DNA of 64,000 nt from the NCBI GenBank assembly GCA_963755715.1, contig CAVWLW010000033.1, forward strand, positions 32,001 to 96,000. The letters are read 5' to 3'. The notes below the pieces were generated by a model. That model made no database searches. It was not told where the DNA came from and saw nothing but the letters and a program-made list of their open reading frames with translations. This document shows, piece after piece, positions 1 to 9,386 of this stretch; the stretch's first letter is position 1, and each line of letters opens with the position of its first letter. The position numbers and the translations under genes were made by a program. The DNA is from an uncultured delta proteobacterium (GTDB lineage: Bacteria; Desulfobacterota; Binatia; UBA9968).

Positions 1-618
1 CTTGACGCGAAGTTGCGCGTACAGATGCGGTCGGAGATCAAAGCGCTGCAACGCCGAACCAACATCACGACCATTTTCGTTACCCATGATCAAGCCGAAG
101 CCTTGGCCATCTCCGATCAGATCGCGGTCATGTACGGCGGCACGCTGATTGAAGTCGGCGCGCCGCATCAGCTTTATTCCCGTCCGACGCGCCGCTTCAC
201 TGCGACGTTTTTGGGACTGACCAACTTGATCGACGGCAAAATCGTCGAGCTCCACGGCGATGCGCAACCCGGAAAGATTCAAACCAAAAAAGGCCTGCTC
301 TCTTTCATCCCGGCGCCGGGCTTGAAGCAGGACCAAGCCGCAGTGATATCGATTCGCCCCGAAAACATTCCCTTATATAAGGAACGGCCGCAGGGGCTGG
401 AAAATGTTCTGGAAGGCAAAATCACCGAAGCGATCTTCATGGGCGATGCTTATCAGTGCAAAGTCGCGGTCGGCGACGATTTGCTCGCGGTGCACACGCA
501 TCCTTTTAACTCGGTTAGTCCGGGCGACAAAGTCTACTTGCAGTTGGATCCTAAAAGTTGCAATGGGCTTCCAGCGGATGATAAAGAAGGTATTGATGAA
601 TCCATGTTGGGGGACTAG
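1..618 (+). CDS. ABC transporter ATP-binding protein, PotA/FbpC/MalK type (5'-truncated by window edge), C-terminal TOBE domain
   Basis: Begins at LDAKLR; H-loop FVTHDQAEAL; TOBE-like ISIRPENI...G.KVYL. Confidence 0.9.
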   Translation, partial: LDAKLRVQMRSEIKALQRRTNITTIFVTHDQAEALAISDQIAVMYGGTLIEVGAPHQLYSRPTRRFTATFLGLTNLIDGKIVELHGDAQPGKIQTKKGLLSFIPAPGLKQDQAAVISIRPENIPLYKERPQGLENVLEGKITEAIFMGDAYQCKVAVGDDLLAVHTHPFNSVSPGDKVYLQLDPKSCNGLPADDKEGIDESMLGD

Positions 619-653
619 AATCCCGGAAACAGAATTTGAAAGGAGACTGTCCA

Positions 654-2144
654 ATGACAGCACTAGAGGCTAGAAAGTTAGCCGAAGATGACATGAAAGC
701 GGGGAAGACCCCGAAATACACCGATTTGCGTGATTGGTTGGAAATCGTCGACAGCATCGGCGAGCTGAAAAAGGTCGATGGCGTCGACTGGAATCTCGAA
801 ATGGGCACGCTTGCCGAGATCTTTGCCCGTGAGTCCAAGAGCGGCGTGACGCCGGCGGTTTTGTTTGACAACGTCCCGGGTTATCCGAAAGGATTCCGCA
901 CTCTGTTCGCCCAAAACGCTTCGTTCAAACGCATGGCTTTAAATTTGGGCCTGGACATGAACCTTTCCAGTCTCGATTTGGTTCGCGCCTTCCGCCAAAA
1001 GCTAGTGAGCCATGAGCCGATCAAGCATAAAGTCGTCACCAAAGGCCCCATTCTCGAGAACGTGGATTCCGGCGACAAAGTTGATTTGCTCAAATTTCCC
1101 GTGCCGTTCATGCACGAGCTTGACGGCGGTCGCTTCATCGGCACTGCCTGTTTAGTGACCACGCGCGATCCGGACGAAGGCTGGGTTAATTTCGGCGCTT
1201 ATCGCGGCATGGTGCACGACAAGAACAGCATGGGGCTTTATATTTCGCCCGGCAAGCACGGCAGCATCCAGCGCAATAAATACTTCGAACGCGGCAAGCC
1301 TTGCCCGGTCGTCGTTTCCGTTGGTCAAGACCCGGTTTTGTTCATGGTATCCGGTAACGAAATCGATTACGGCGTTTCCGAGTTCGATTACGCGGGCGGT
1401 CTCAAAGGCGCTCCCGTTGAAGTTATTGAAGGGAAGTCCACCGGGCTTCCGTTTGCGGCCAATGCGGAAATCGTCATCGAAGGTTGGATGGATCCGACGG
1501 ACAGAAAGACCGAAGGTCCGTTCGGCGAATGGACCGGTTACTACGCCAGTTCGAGCCGTCCCGAGCCGGTGATTCGCGTCGAAAACGTTTACTACAGAAA
1601 CGAGCCGATTCTCTGCTGTGCTCGTCCCGGCCGCCCGCCGTCGGATTATTCCATCGCTAAATGCATGGTGAAGGCGGCGTTGATCTGGGAGCAGGTCGAG
1701 AAATGCGGCGTGCCGGATGTCAAAGGGGTGTGGTGTCACGAAGCCGGCGGCGGCCGCCTCTTCAATATCATCTCGATCAAACAGCGCTATCCCGGCCATG
1801 CGCGCCAGGCGATGCTTGCTGCGTCGCAAGTTCACGCCGGCGCTTATCTTGGCCGTTACGTCATCGTCGTCGACGAAGACATCGATCCGACCAACACCTT
1901 CGATGTAATCTGGGCGTTAGCCAGCCGCTCCGATCCGGTGGAGTCGATTGAAATCCTCCGCCGTTGCTGGAGCGGCCCGCTCGATCCGCGCATCCAACCG
2001 GGCAAGAAGGGCTTCAACTCGCGCGCGGTGATCGATGCCTGCCGGCCGTTCGAGTGGATGAAAGACTTCCCGCCGGTAGCCGAATCTTCTCCGGAGCTGA
2101 AGGAGAAGATCTACAACAAGTGGAAGAAAGTTATCGAAGCATAG
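654..2144 (+). CDS. UbiD-family (prFMN-dependent) decarboxylase
   Basis: GAYRGMVH and EGPFGEWTGYY catalytic motifs, VIVVDEDIDP; AGGAG RBS at 641-645 supports ATG 654. Confidence 0.92.
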   Translation: MTALEARKLAEDDMKAGKTPKYTDLRDWLEIVDSIGELKKVDGVDWNLEMGTLAEIFARESKSGVTPAVLFDNVPGYPKGFRTLFAQNASFKRMALNLGLDMNLSSLDLVRAFRQKLVSHEPIKHKVVTKGPILENVDSGDKVDLLKFPVPFMHELDGGRFIGTACLVTTRDPDEGWVNFGAYRGMVHDKNSMGLYISPGKHGSIQRNKYFERGKPCPVVVSVGQDPVLFMVSGNEIDYGVSEFDYAGGLKGAPVEVIEGKSTGLPFAANAEIVIEGWMDPTDRKTEGPFGEWTGYYASSSRPEPVIRVENVYYRNEPILCCARPGRPPSDYSIAKCMVKAALIWEQVEKCGVPDVKGVWCHEAGGGRLFNIISIKQRYPGHARQAMLAASQVHAGAYLGRYVIVVDEDIDPTNTFDVIWALASRSDPVESIEILRRCWSGPLDPRIQPGKKGFNSRAVIDACRPFEWMKDFPPVAESSPELKEKIYNKWKKVIEA

Positions 2145-2171
2145 GAAGAACGTCGTTAACGTTTGTTTCAG

Positions 2172-2210
2172 AAAGGGGTGGTTGTTTACACAGCCGCCCC
2201 TTTGTTTTTT
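2172..2210 (+). terminator. Rho-independent terminator
   Basis: AAAGGGGTGGTTGT / ACAGCCGCCCCTTT stem followed by T tract after the ubiD-like stop. Confidence 0.75.
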
Positions 2211-2609
2211 GCTCGGCGAATCCAAACTAGAAAGTTTCGACACGATGCATTGGCTAATTCATTTATCTTCCGGCGCATCCCCCCTCTCTCATGCTCTAGG
2301 AAGGCTTAAAGATCGCCTGACGCGGCGAAAACCCTGAGACCGCACCAAGATCGACGCTTCGAGAATTCTCAAAACGTGAAATTTCCCGAGGGATTTCCTA
2401 GCCCGCGAATCCTGAACTTAATGCGCATAACGATCACGAATCTTGCTCCCTCCATGGCCGCGCTTGCCGTGCATCGCTCCCTGCTCTTTGCCCTTAATCT
2501 CGCGCGCGTGGCTTGCTCGACGAACACGCGAGTCTAATCAACCACCCCCAAGAGCACGAAGACGTTTTCTAGAGACAAAGACGTATGCCAATTGCGGAAT
2601 GTTGGATGC

Positions 2610-3605
2610 CTAGCTTTTCATAGCTATTAAAACGGAGTCCGGATCAAAAGGAACGGGGCTGGAACGGAAAGGTCCTTTGATACGTGCGAATCCGGATTGG
2701 CGCAGCCACCCAAGAATCTCTTCACGTGCATAACAGCGTCCTCGGGGCGTGTGTAAAAGAAGCAAGACGGAAAATAACGCGGCCCACTCGTGAGCGGTTC
2801 TGTCCCGACTCATGAATACGTCGCGCACGATCAAATGACCTTGGGGGTTCAGACAGCGATAAAGCTTCCGCAGCAGAGAGCGGTTTTCTTCGATCCCGTG
2901 GGCGTGAAGGACATTGGAAACAAATACGGTATCGAATCCCCGTGGCAGCGCATGCCGTAAGAAATCCACCCCGATGACCCGCACTCTGTTCGCCATACCC
3001 GCTTGCCTGACCGCAGCGCGCGCCAGAGGAAGAATACGCGGATGCTCGACGAGGGTCGCTCGCAGGTTAGGATAACGACGACAAAAAGCCACGGAAAAAG
3101 CTCCAAGCCCGCCACCGACGTCCAGCAGAGTCTCGGTGCGGGCCAAGGGTAATTTTTCGATCAAATAAGGCGCAATCTCGCGGCCATCGAGATCGAGACT
3201 GTGAAGCAATCGCTTGGCTTTCCTCTGATCGGAGAAGAAAGGCTTCTGGATCATGGGTCTCGTGTCAGCGCTAAGGGCCGAAGCAAGTCCGCCCCAAGTG
3301 TCCCAAGCGTCGTAATCGGGCAGCAGAAAAGTTGCTCCGCCGCGACTGAGATAACGCGAAGCGAAGGGAGAATTGGCATATTTTTCTCCGCGCTTTCGCA
3401 TTAAACCCATGGCGCACAGCGCGTTAAGAAAAATCTGCCACCCGGCTGGACTTCCGCCGAGATGCGCAGCCAGAGCTTTAAGGCTTCTTTCCCGCTGGCC
3501 GATCCAACCGAATAGATCAAAATGGGCCGCAGTGATAAGGATGCAAGAGCGCCAATAACTACTCTCGCTTCGAAGTCGCTGAAGGTTCCATTTCCTAGCG
3601 GGCAT
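2610..3605 (-). CDS. Class I SAM-dependent O-methyltransferase (dimerisation + Methyltransf_2 domains)
   Basis: LLDVGGGLG motif I, GVDF, FDTVFVSNVLH; N-terminal wHTH-like region. Confidence 0.85.
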   Translation of the reverse strand: MPARKWNLQRLRSESSYWRSCILITAAHFDLFGWIGQRERSLKALAAHLGGSPAGWQIFLNALCAMGLMRKRGEKYANSPFASRYLSRGGATFLLPDYDAWDTWGGLASALSADTRPMIQKPFFSDQRKAKRLLHSLDLDGREIAPYLIEKLPLARTETLLDVGGGLGAFSVAFCRRYPNLRATLVEHPRILPLARAAVRQAGMANRVRVIGVDFLRHALPRGFDTVFVSNVLHAHGIEENRSLLRKLYRCLNPQGHLIVRDVFMSRDRTAHEWAALFSVLLLLHTPRGRCYAREEILGWLRQSGFARIKGPFRSSPVPFDPDSVLIAMKS

Positions 3606-4671
3606 GACTGCTCTTTGACTTGAGCACTCGGTTCAGGCGTGTGCTCGCGGCCATTCTATAAAGCCGCTCATAACCATTCACCATTTGTTCCACAGAAAAA
3701 CGCTCTTGGACCCAGTTCCGACAGCGCGCGCGATCCAGCGTCTCGACCCGATGAGTCATCTCGACCATCTCATCTTCGTTTTCGACCAGATAGCCGGTCT
3801 CGCCGTTCTTGATCAACTCCGGCATTGAGCCCCGTTGGTAGGCCAGCACCGGAGTTCCCGCAGCCATGGCTTCTATCACGACCATGCCGAACGGCTCGTC
3901 CCACTGAAGGGGGAAAAGGAAGCCTTTGGCCTTGCCCATCATTGCCACGAGATCGTGATAGGCCAGCCGCTCGATATAGCGGATGCGATCTCCGTCGATG
4001 TGCGGCTTGACCTCTTTGAGAAAGTACTCCTCGCTCCAAGGCAGGTGAGTGGTGACATGGCCGATAATGACGAGCCTCGCTCCAGCCTTCTTGGCAACGC
4101 GGATCGCCTCGGCAATGCCTTTCCCCGGCGTCATTCGACCGACGATGATGAAGAAATCTTCCGGCTGGTCGTTAAACGAGATCTCGTCCAGATCGACGGC
4201 GTTATAAACGACCGGGAGCGATTCGTCTCCCAGCATTTTCCTTTGAGCCTGGCTGACACAGACCGGCAGGCAATGCGGGAAGTGTTTTCGATAATATTCG
4301 TGCAGTTCCTTCTCGATATAAGCGTAAGTGACCAAGGTGGGCGTTTTCACGAAAGCTGAGAAATAAGGGGCCAGGGTCGTCCAGTGAGCATGAATCACAT
4401 CGAAACGTTCGGCCTGACGATAAAGGTTGTAGGTATTTCGTGCCTCGAACTCCTTTTCAAGATAAAACGTGGACTTTGGATCATCCTGGCTGGCGATCGG
4501 TAAAACAGCTTGGAGCTCGCACTCAACTTTTGAGTCTCCCGAAGCGAAAAGCTCTACATGATGCCCGCGAAGAGTAAGCTCCCGGCAGAGATAATAGACG
4601 ATCCGCTCCGTTCCGCCGTGCGTCTTCGGTGGAACAGAGATATAAACGCTGTTGATTTGAGCAATCTTCAT
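3595..4671 (-). CDS. Glycosyltransferase family 4
   Basis: VPPKTHGGTERIV, GRMTPGKG, WDEPFGMVVIEAMAAGTPV; overlaps the methyltransferase start. Confidence 0.92.
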   Translation of the reverse strand: MKIAQINSVYISVPPKTHGGTERIVYYLCRELTLRGHHVELFASGDSKVECELQAVLPIASQDDPKSTFYLEKEFEARNTYNLYRQAERFDVIHAHWTTLAPYFSAFVKTPTLVTYAYIEKELHEYYRKHFPHCLPVCVSQAQRKMLGDESLPVVYNAVDLDEISFNDQPEDFFIIVGRMTPGKGIAEAIRVAKKAGARLVIIGHVTTHLPWSEEYFLKEVKPHIDGDRIRYIERLAYHDLVAMMGKAKGFLFPLQWDEPFGMVVIEAMAAGTPVLAYQRGSMPELIKNGETGYLVENEDEMVEMTHRVETLDRARCRNWVQERFSVEQMVNGYERLYRMAASTRLNRVLKSKSSHAR

Positions 4672-4852
4672 GACAACATTTAGAACCTATTCCGTTTATT
4701 AACTTTGTTGCAAGGCACGGCAAAAGCCAATCAAAATCAGTTCGCAAAGAAATATTTGCCTTACGCGCCGTCGCGCAGGACCACCTGAGCGCGTATGGGA
4801 TCTTCTACGACTAACCAATCTTAACCACGTTCGCGGACCCTGAAACTACGCG

Positions 4853-5368
4853 TCAATTGCCGGTGAGGCCTTTCGCGATACGGTCGATGCCTGCTTGCGC
4901 GCACGCAGCGTCCTCGGTTCCTCCGCCCTTCGAGCCTGGCGTGCCCGATACGCCGATCGCACCGACCAACGAATTGCCCGCGTGTATGGGCAGACCGCCC
5001 GCTGCAGTAGTGATATTCGCTAAATGCAGCGGTCCTGCATTGCCGGGATTCTTTGCGGCGTTTTTGCCGAATTCGGCGGACGACATGTCATAGGTTAACG
5101 CCGTGTGCGCTTTGCGCAGGCTGTGCTCGACGCTGTGCGGGCTCGCGCCGTCGTCGCGTATACTGACCACGACCCGGTCGGCGCGGTCCAGCACTGTGAT
5201 CGTCACGACGCTGCCGTGCTTACGGCACGCTTCCAGCGCCACCGTCGCCATTTCAAGCGCCGCATTAGCCGAGATCGAGCGTTCGCTTACCAGGGTTTGG
5301 GCGTTGCTTGCGCAGGGTAGAAACGCCAGTGCCATTGCCAAGAAAGTTCGTCCGTAGATCTTTTTCAT
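4853..5368 (-). CDS. Exported GlcG/HbpS-family heme-binding protein
   Basis: Signal peptide; KAHTA, AGGLPI, VGAIGVSG...EDAACAQAG. Confidence 0.85.
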   Translation of the reverse strand: MKKIYGRTFLAMALAFLPCASNAQTLVSERSISANAALEMATVALEACRKHGSVVTITVLDRADRVVVSIRDDGASPHSVEHSLRKAHTALTYDMSSAEFGKNAAKNPGNAGPLHLANITTAAGGLPIHAGNSLVGAIGVSGTPGSKGGGTEDAACAQAGIDRIAKGLTGN

Positions 5369-5555
5369 GCTATTTGCCTCCTTCGATTACAGTCCGCCCA
5401 ATTAGCAATCCGGGGCAAAACGTAGCTGATTGCGATTTCGGCTGTCAACTGCAATTCAGGCTTGAGATTGTTTCCAGCAATATTCTCTTTCTAGATTCAT
5501 TGACAGTTCTGCGAAGCAGGGCTTATAAATGAAACATCCTTCCCGGAGGTGAATC

Positions 5556-6323
5556 ATGGGAAAGCTCAGGCATATCGCGTTCATTTCGGCGGAACCTAAG
5601 AAACTCAGCGATTTTTATCAGAAGTATTTCGGCTTCGAGGAGTGCAAGGTCTTTCCTAGCGGCTCGCGTATGGTGATCGATCCGCTTTTCAACTTGGCTT
5701 TCCTGCAAAGAGCGGCGGTGGAAGTGGCGATGGCGGGAACGCACCGAGCCGACGGCAGCGAAAATGAATTGACGATCGGGATCCATCACTATGGCTTCAT
5801 GGTGGATGATCTCGATCGAGCAGTGGCGAAACTGCCGGCTGGATTAACTCGCGGTACTACGCCGCAGGTTTCCGCCGGCGTCGGCGGCCCCGAAGGGGCG
5901 CGGCCTGCCGAGGTCCGGTTCCTCGATCCTTGGGGCAATAACGTCGATCTTTCCTCTCGCGGATTTCTCGGTAGAGAAGAAAAGAAACTTCCCGGCGTGC
6001 GTCTGCTCGCCGTGCAAGTTCCTGATTTGGCTGCGGCCTGTGAATTTTACCAGCGGCAGTTCGATCTCGAGCTCGTCGGCTGGACGGATGATGGAACGGT
6101 CCGCCTGAGCGACGGCACGGTGACGTTGCTATTGACCAAGTCACAAGTGCGGCCGAAGAGCGGCGTGCAATATTTCGGCATTCAAGTGAGCGATCTTGCG
6201 GGCACCAAAAAGCGGTTGCAGGATGGCGGTGTGGCGGTTTCGGAGGCGGGCAGTGGCCAGATTCAATTCACTGACCCGGAAGGAAATCGAGTTGTCGTGT
6301 CGGAAGCGGGTTGGGTGAATTAA
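5556..6323 (+). CDS. Tandem VOC/glyoxalase-family protein
   Basis: LRHIAF, GIHHYGFMVDD, DPWGN and DPEGN motifs; GGAGG RBS. Confidence 0.85.
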   Translation: MGKLRHIAFISAEPKKLSDFYQKYFGFEECKVFPSGSRMVIDPLFNLAFLQRAAVEVAMAGTHRADGSENELTIGIHHYGFMVDDLDRAVAKLPAGLTRGTTPQVSAGVGGPEGARPAEVRFLDPWGNNVDLSSRGFLGREEKKLPGVRLLAVQVPDLAAACEFYQRQFDLELVGWTDDGTVRLSDGTVTLLLTKSQVRPKSGVQYFGIQVSDLAGTKKRLQDGGVAVSEAGSGQIQFTDPEGNRVVVSEAGWVN

Positions 6324-6526
6324 GCGGACCAGTCTTTCATAAGCTTCAACACAGCCACCGCATGTTCTCGGCTGACAGTTGGAAAATCAGCGAGAAAATC
6401 GTCAAGCCGACCTCCCTCCTCGACATAGTCGATAAGCGTTTGCACCGGGACGCGCGTGCCGGAGAAAACGACGGCACCGCTCATGACTTTTTCTGACCGC
6501 GTGACGAGTGGTTGTGGAACCGGCAT
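6320..6526 (-). CDS. DUF433-family protein (putative antitoxin)
   Basis: VMSGAVVFSGTRVPVQTLIDY...FLADFPTV signature; start trimmed to MPVPQP. Confidence 0.8.
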   Translation of the reverse strand: MPVPQPLVTRSEKVMSGAVVFSGTRVPVQTLIDYVEEGGRLDDFLADFPTVSREHAVAVLKLMKDWSA

Positions 6527-6760
6527 AGCGCACCTCTTGTTGAATACTTGCGCGTCAAGTAAATCGAAGCTAAAACCGACGTGTTTAACAGGCATCGTCG
6601 AACAGTCTGCTCGGTTAGATAAATCGTCTAGCCCGAAGTCCGTCATATCCCTGCTTGCTGTATTAGCGTGGATATCCAGGCGGGTGTCTACATATCGCAT
6701 ACTTGCCAAAACATACAAACTTAGATTCATGGCAAAGTCGTCCTAAGCGCCGTACTGCCT

Positions 6761-7279
6761 TCATCCGTGATGTATTTCCATCGGCTGAACAAGCTGCGTC
6801 TCCACGTCGCTGGGCAGTTCAATACGTCGCACAATTTTCGGCCAAAGCTCAAGCGGCGGTGCTTTGATCAAAGATGCATTGAGGGTCACGTCATCAAGAT
6901 CGTCGTGCAAGTAAGGGCGACGACCGCAATGGCGCGCGTCACACGACATACGTTTCCCTGGGTAGCACTCGCGCCAGTGGCAGATGCGGCCAATGTAATT
7001 GCCCGCCGGATCAGCCAGGAAGATGTCAGCACCTTTATTTCTGCTCTGCGCGTGCCCCTTCAGTCTTCGGCCTGCAGTCGCCAACGGCTTGAGATCGGCA
7101 TCATCATCCACAGTGACCAACAAATCCGCATCCTTTGGATTTTGTTTGTCTGTCGCCAATGAACCGACGAGAGCGATACGCCGGACTCCAGGACAACTAC
7201 GGGCGCGCTCCACAAAGAACCGGACTTCGGCGAGCAGAGCGTCTCGAATCGTTAGCTCACTGCTTGTTATTTGGGTCAT
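6761..7279 (-). CDS. Nucleotidyltransferase-domain protein (MNT-like)
   Basis: IALVGSLA...KDADLLV (GS...DxD) Pol-beta motif; Cys/His-rich C-terminal part. Confidence 0.7.
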   Translation of the reverse strand: MTQITSSELTIRDALLAEVRFFVERARSCPGVRRIALVGSLATDKQNPKDADLLVTVDDDADLKPLATAGRRLKGHAQSRNKGADIFLADPAGNYIGRICHWRECYPGKRMSCDARHCGRRPYLHDDLDDVTLNASLIKAPPLELWPKIVRRIELPSDVETQLVQPMEIHHG

Positions 7280-7306
7280 TGCTTCGTGTATCAGTAAAAG
7301 TGGTCT

Positions 7307-7616
7307 CTACCGCTTCTCCGGTGGAATATTTTGGATAGAAGCCGCGAACTTCGCATGAGCTGCGGGATACTGGCCTGTGCTTAATCTTGGTGCTCGCGGG
7401 GTTCGTGCCGAGGAAGTTGTCGCCCGTCCAGTTCCTCGATGGCCTGATGGGTCTCGGAACGAACCTACCGCCGCAGTTCGGGCAGACGTTATCAAGCACT
7501 CTGTCAACGCACGTTGGGCAGAACGTACATTCATAAGTGCAAATGCGTGCTTCGACTGAACTTGGCGGCAATGCCTGTTGCAGTGTTCGCAGGTCGGGCG
7601 GAGTTCTAGCTAGCAT
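7307..7616 (-). pseudogene. DUF1272-family Zn-binding protein, disrupted
   Basis: Reconstructs as MLELRPTCEHC..ALPP..EARICTYECTFC..C...VCPNCGG.FVPRPIRP; three frame breaks including a CTAG duplication after the ATG. Confidence 0.75.
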
Positions 7617-7932
7617 CGCTCTCTTAATGGACGGCTGACCGCGTTCAAGCAACATCAAAAACTCCTGCTCTGTTTTTCAGCACCGTCAAATCGTCGTCCG
7701 TTGAAATTTATCTTTTCGATCAGCAAGGTGTCAATGACTTTACACTCGTCGTCGTTTCAATGTACCTGATCAATATATCTATATATCTCCGACATACCCG
7801 CGTGGCAGAGGTCCATGGGATATGACCGGCTGCATGAATGCCTGCGGTCACTCCATATTTTGCGCGGCTGGACGCTTGACGCTTTCCGTACGGGAGGTGT
7901 ACTTGTGGCGTAATCCTGAAAGGAGATCAAAA

Positions 7933-8307
7933 ATGCGCGTACTCAAAATGAGTGAACTTGAAGAAAAGCCGATGGACACGGCGACGCCCATCGCCGGCTG
8001 GACGGGTGGAGCAGTGAGCCGGACGCGGCAGGCAATTATTGGCGACGGGCAGTCGGAGAATTTCCGCTGTAACGTGGTCAATTTCCGGGTTGGCGCAACG
8101 ACTGGCTGGCATGTGCACGACTGCGATCAGATTCTTGTCGTCACAGCGGGAAAGGGAAAAGTCGCGAGTGAAACTGAAGAGCGTGATATCACGGTTGGCG
8201 ATGTCGTCCATATCAAAGCCGGAGAGCGTCATTGGCATGGCGCGTCGGCGACTTCGCCGCTGTCGCACATCACAGTGACGACGGTGGGCAGCACGTCGAA
8301 GCATTGA
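7933..8307 (+). CDS. Cupin domain protein
   Basis: WHVHDCDQIL and GERHWHGA cupin motifs; AGGAG RBS. Confidence 0.88.
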   Translation: MRVLKMSELEEKPMDTATPIAGWTGGAVSRTRQAIIGDGQSENFRCNVVNFRVGATTGWHVHDCDQILVVTAGKGKVASETEERDITVGDVVHIKAGERHWHGASATSPLSHITVTTVGSTSKH

Positions 8308-8335
8308 GCAGGGTGGTGACGAAAGGGTTCTCGTG

Positions 8336-8411
8336 CTTCGAGAGGCTCGGCACGAACGGATAGTTCTTCGTCCTTTCAATTGTTTTTCCGTTCATCCTGA
8401 GCGTGTCGAAG
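8336..8411. repeat. Imperfect inverted repeat (REP/MITE-like palindrome)
   Basis: CTTCGAGAGGCTCGGCACGAACGGA and TCCGTTCATCCTGAGCGTGTCGAAG arms, 20/25 complementary, 26-nt spacer. Confidence 0.7.
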
Positions 8412-8492
8412 GACTCCGAGAGAATCTTTCCGCGTGGTGATCTAGACGTGAACAGGTACTGATCCGGTTTTGGCTTCGGAGGAGGAATACTC

Positions 8493-9383
8493 ATGCAAAT
8501 TCTGAAAGGCGACTTGAGTAACGTCAAAGGAATCCCTCCGAGCGGGCTCTGCGTCGGCGTTCATCGCGCCGGCGCGGTGCATCAGAAGATGGTCGCGAAG
8601 CACGGCGACGGTCTCGCAGTCTGGTCGCTCAGACCCGATCTGGATTTCATTGCTTTCAAAAAGGAAGGGCTGGGCGAACAGGGGATTCGCTCCACCAGTG
8701 ATATGGAATCGATAGACGCCGGTGAAAAACTGATTTACGGCGTGCGCGGGGCGCCGCCCGAGGTGAGAGAAAAGGCGCGTGAGAAAGGCCTCACCCTGCT
8801 GGCCGACGCGACCTGTCCTTTTGTCACGCAGCAGGAAGAGGCGGAGATCGAGCTGCTGAACGCCGGCTGTCATCTGGTGGTTCTCAGCAGTCGCACGCAT
8901 CACGGCATCCCGAGGTTGCAGGGGATCGCGCGAGCGAAAGGCAAAGAAGTTTTTATCGTCGAGCGCGAGGAAGAAGTCGATTCGATTCGGCTCACTCGTT
9001 TCGAGCCCATCGGCGTGATCGTGCAGACGACCTTCTGGCTGGAAACGTACAAGAAAATTATGGCGCGCATACTCGAGCGCTTCGCCAACGTCCAGGTTCG
9101 CAACACTGCCTGCATCGACTCGCTGCAGCGACTTCCGGAGGTAGAAAAGCTAGCTAAACAAGTCGATGCGATAATTATTTTCGGCTGGACCGAAGGCATG
9201 ACGACCCGAATGATCGAAGTCGCCCGCGCTTTCAATGCGGACGTGCACAAAATCGAAAAGGTCGACGACCTCAGGTTGGACTGGCTGCGGGGAAAAGAGA
9301 AAGTGGGTATCATCGGCGCCAACGAGACCCCCGAGTGGATGATCAATGAAGCGATCGAGCGCATCAAAAGCATGGCGGCCTGA
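8493..9383 (+). CDS. Divergent IspH/LytB-fold [4Fe-4S] protein (probably not a canonical HMBPP reductase)
   Basis: GLCVGVHRA, DATCPFV, QTTF and NTAC align with IspH; VHN, AHG, HPE and SSN motifs are absent. Confidence 0.8.
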   Translation: MQILKGDLSNVKGIPPSGLCVGVHRAGAVHQKMVAKHGDGLAVWSLRPDLDFIAFKKEGLGEQGIRSTSDMESIDAGEKLIYGVRGAPPEVREKAREKGLTLLADATCPFVTQQEEAEIELLNAGCHLVVLSSRTHHGIPRLQGIARAKGKEVFIVEREEEVDSIRLTRFEPIGVIVQTTFWLETYKKIMARILERFANVQVRNTACIDSLQRLPEVEKLAKQVDAIIIFGWTEGMTTRMIEVARAFNADVHKIEKVDDLRLDWLRGKEKVGIIGANETPEWMINEAIERIKSMAA

Positions 9384-9386
9384 GCT

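Noticed and set aside
8493-9383. Calling this gene canonical ispH
   Set aside because: Diphosphate-binding His/Ser/Asn residues and the catalytic Glu are missing
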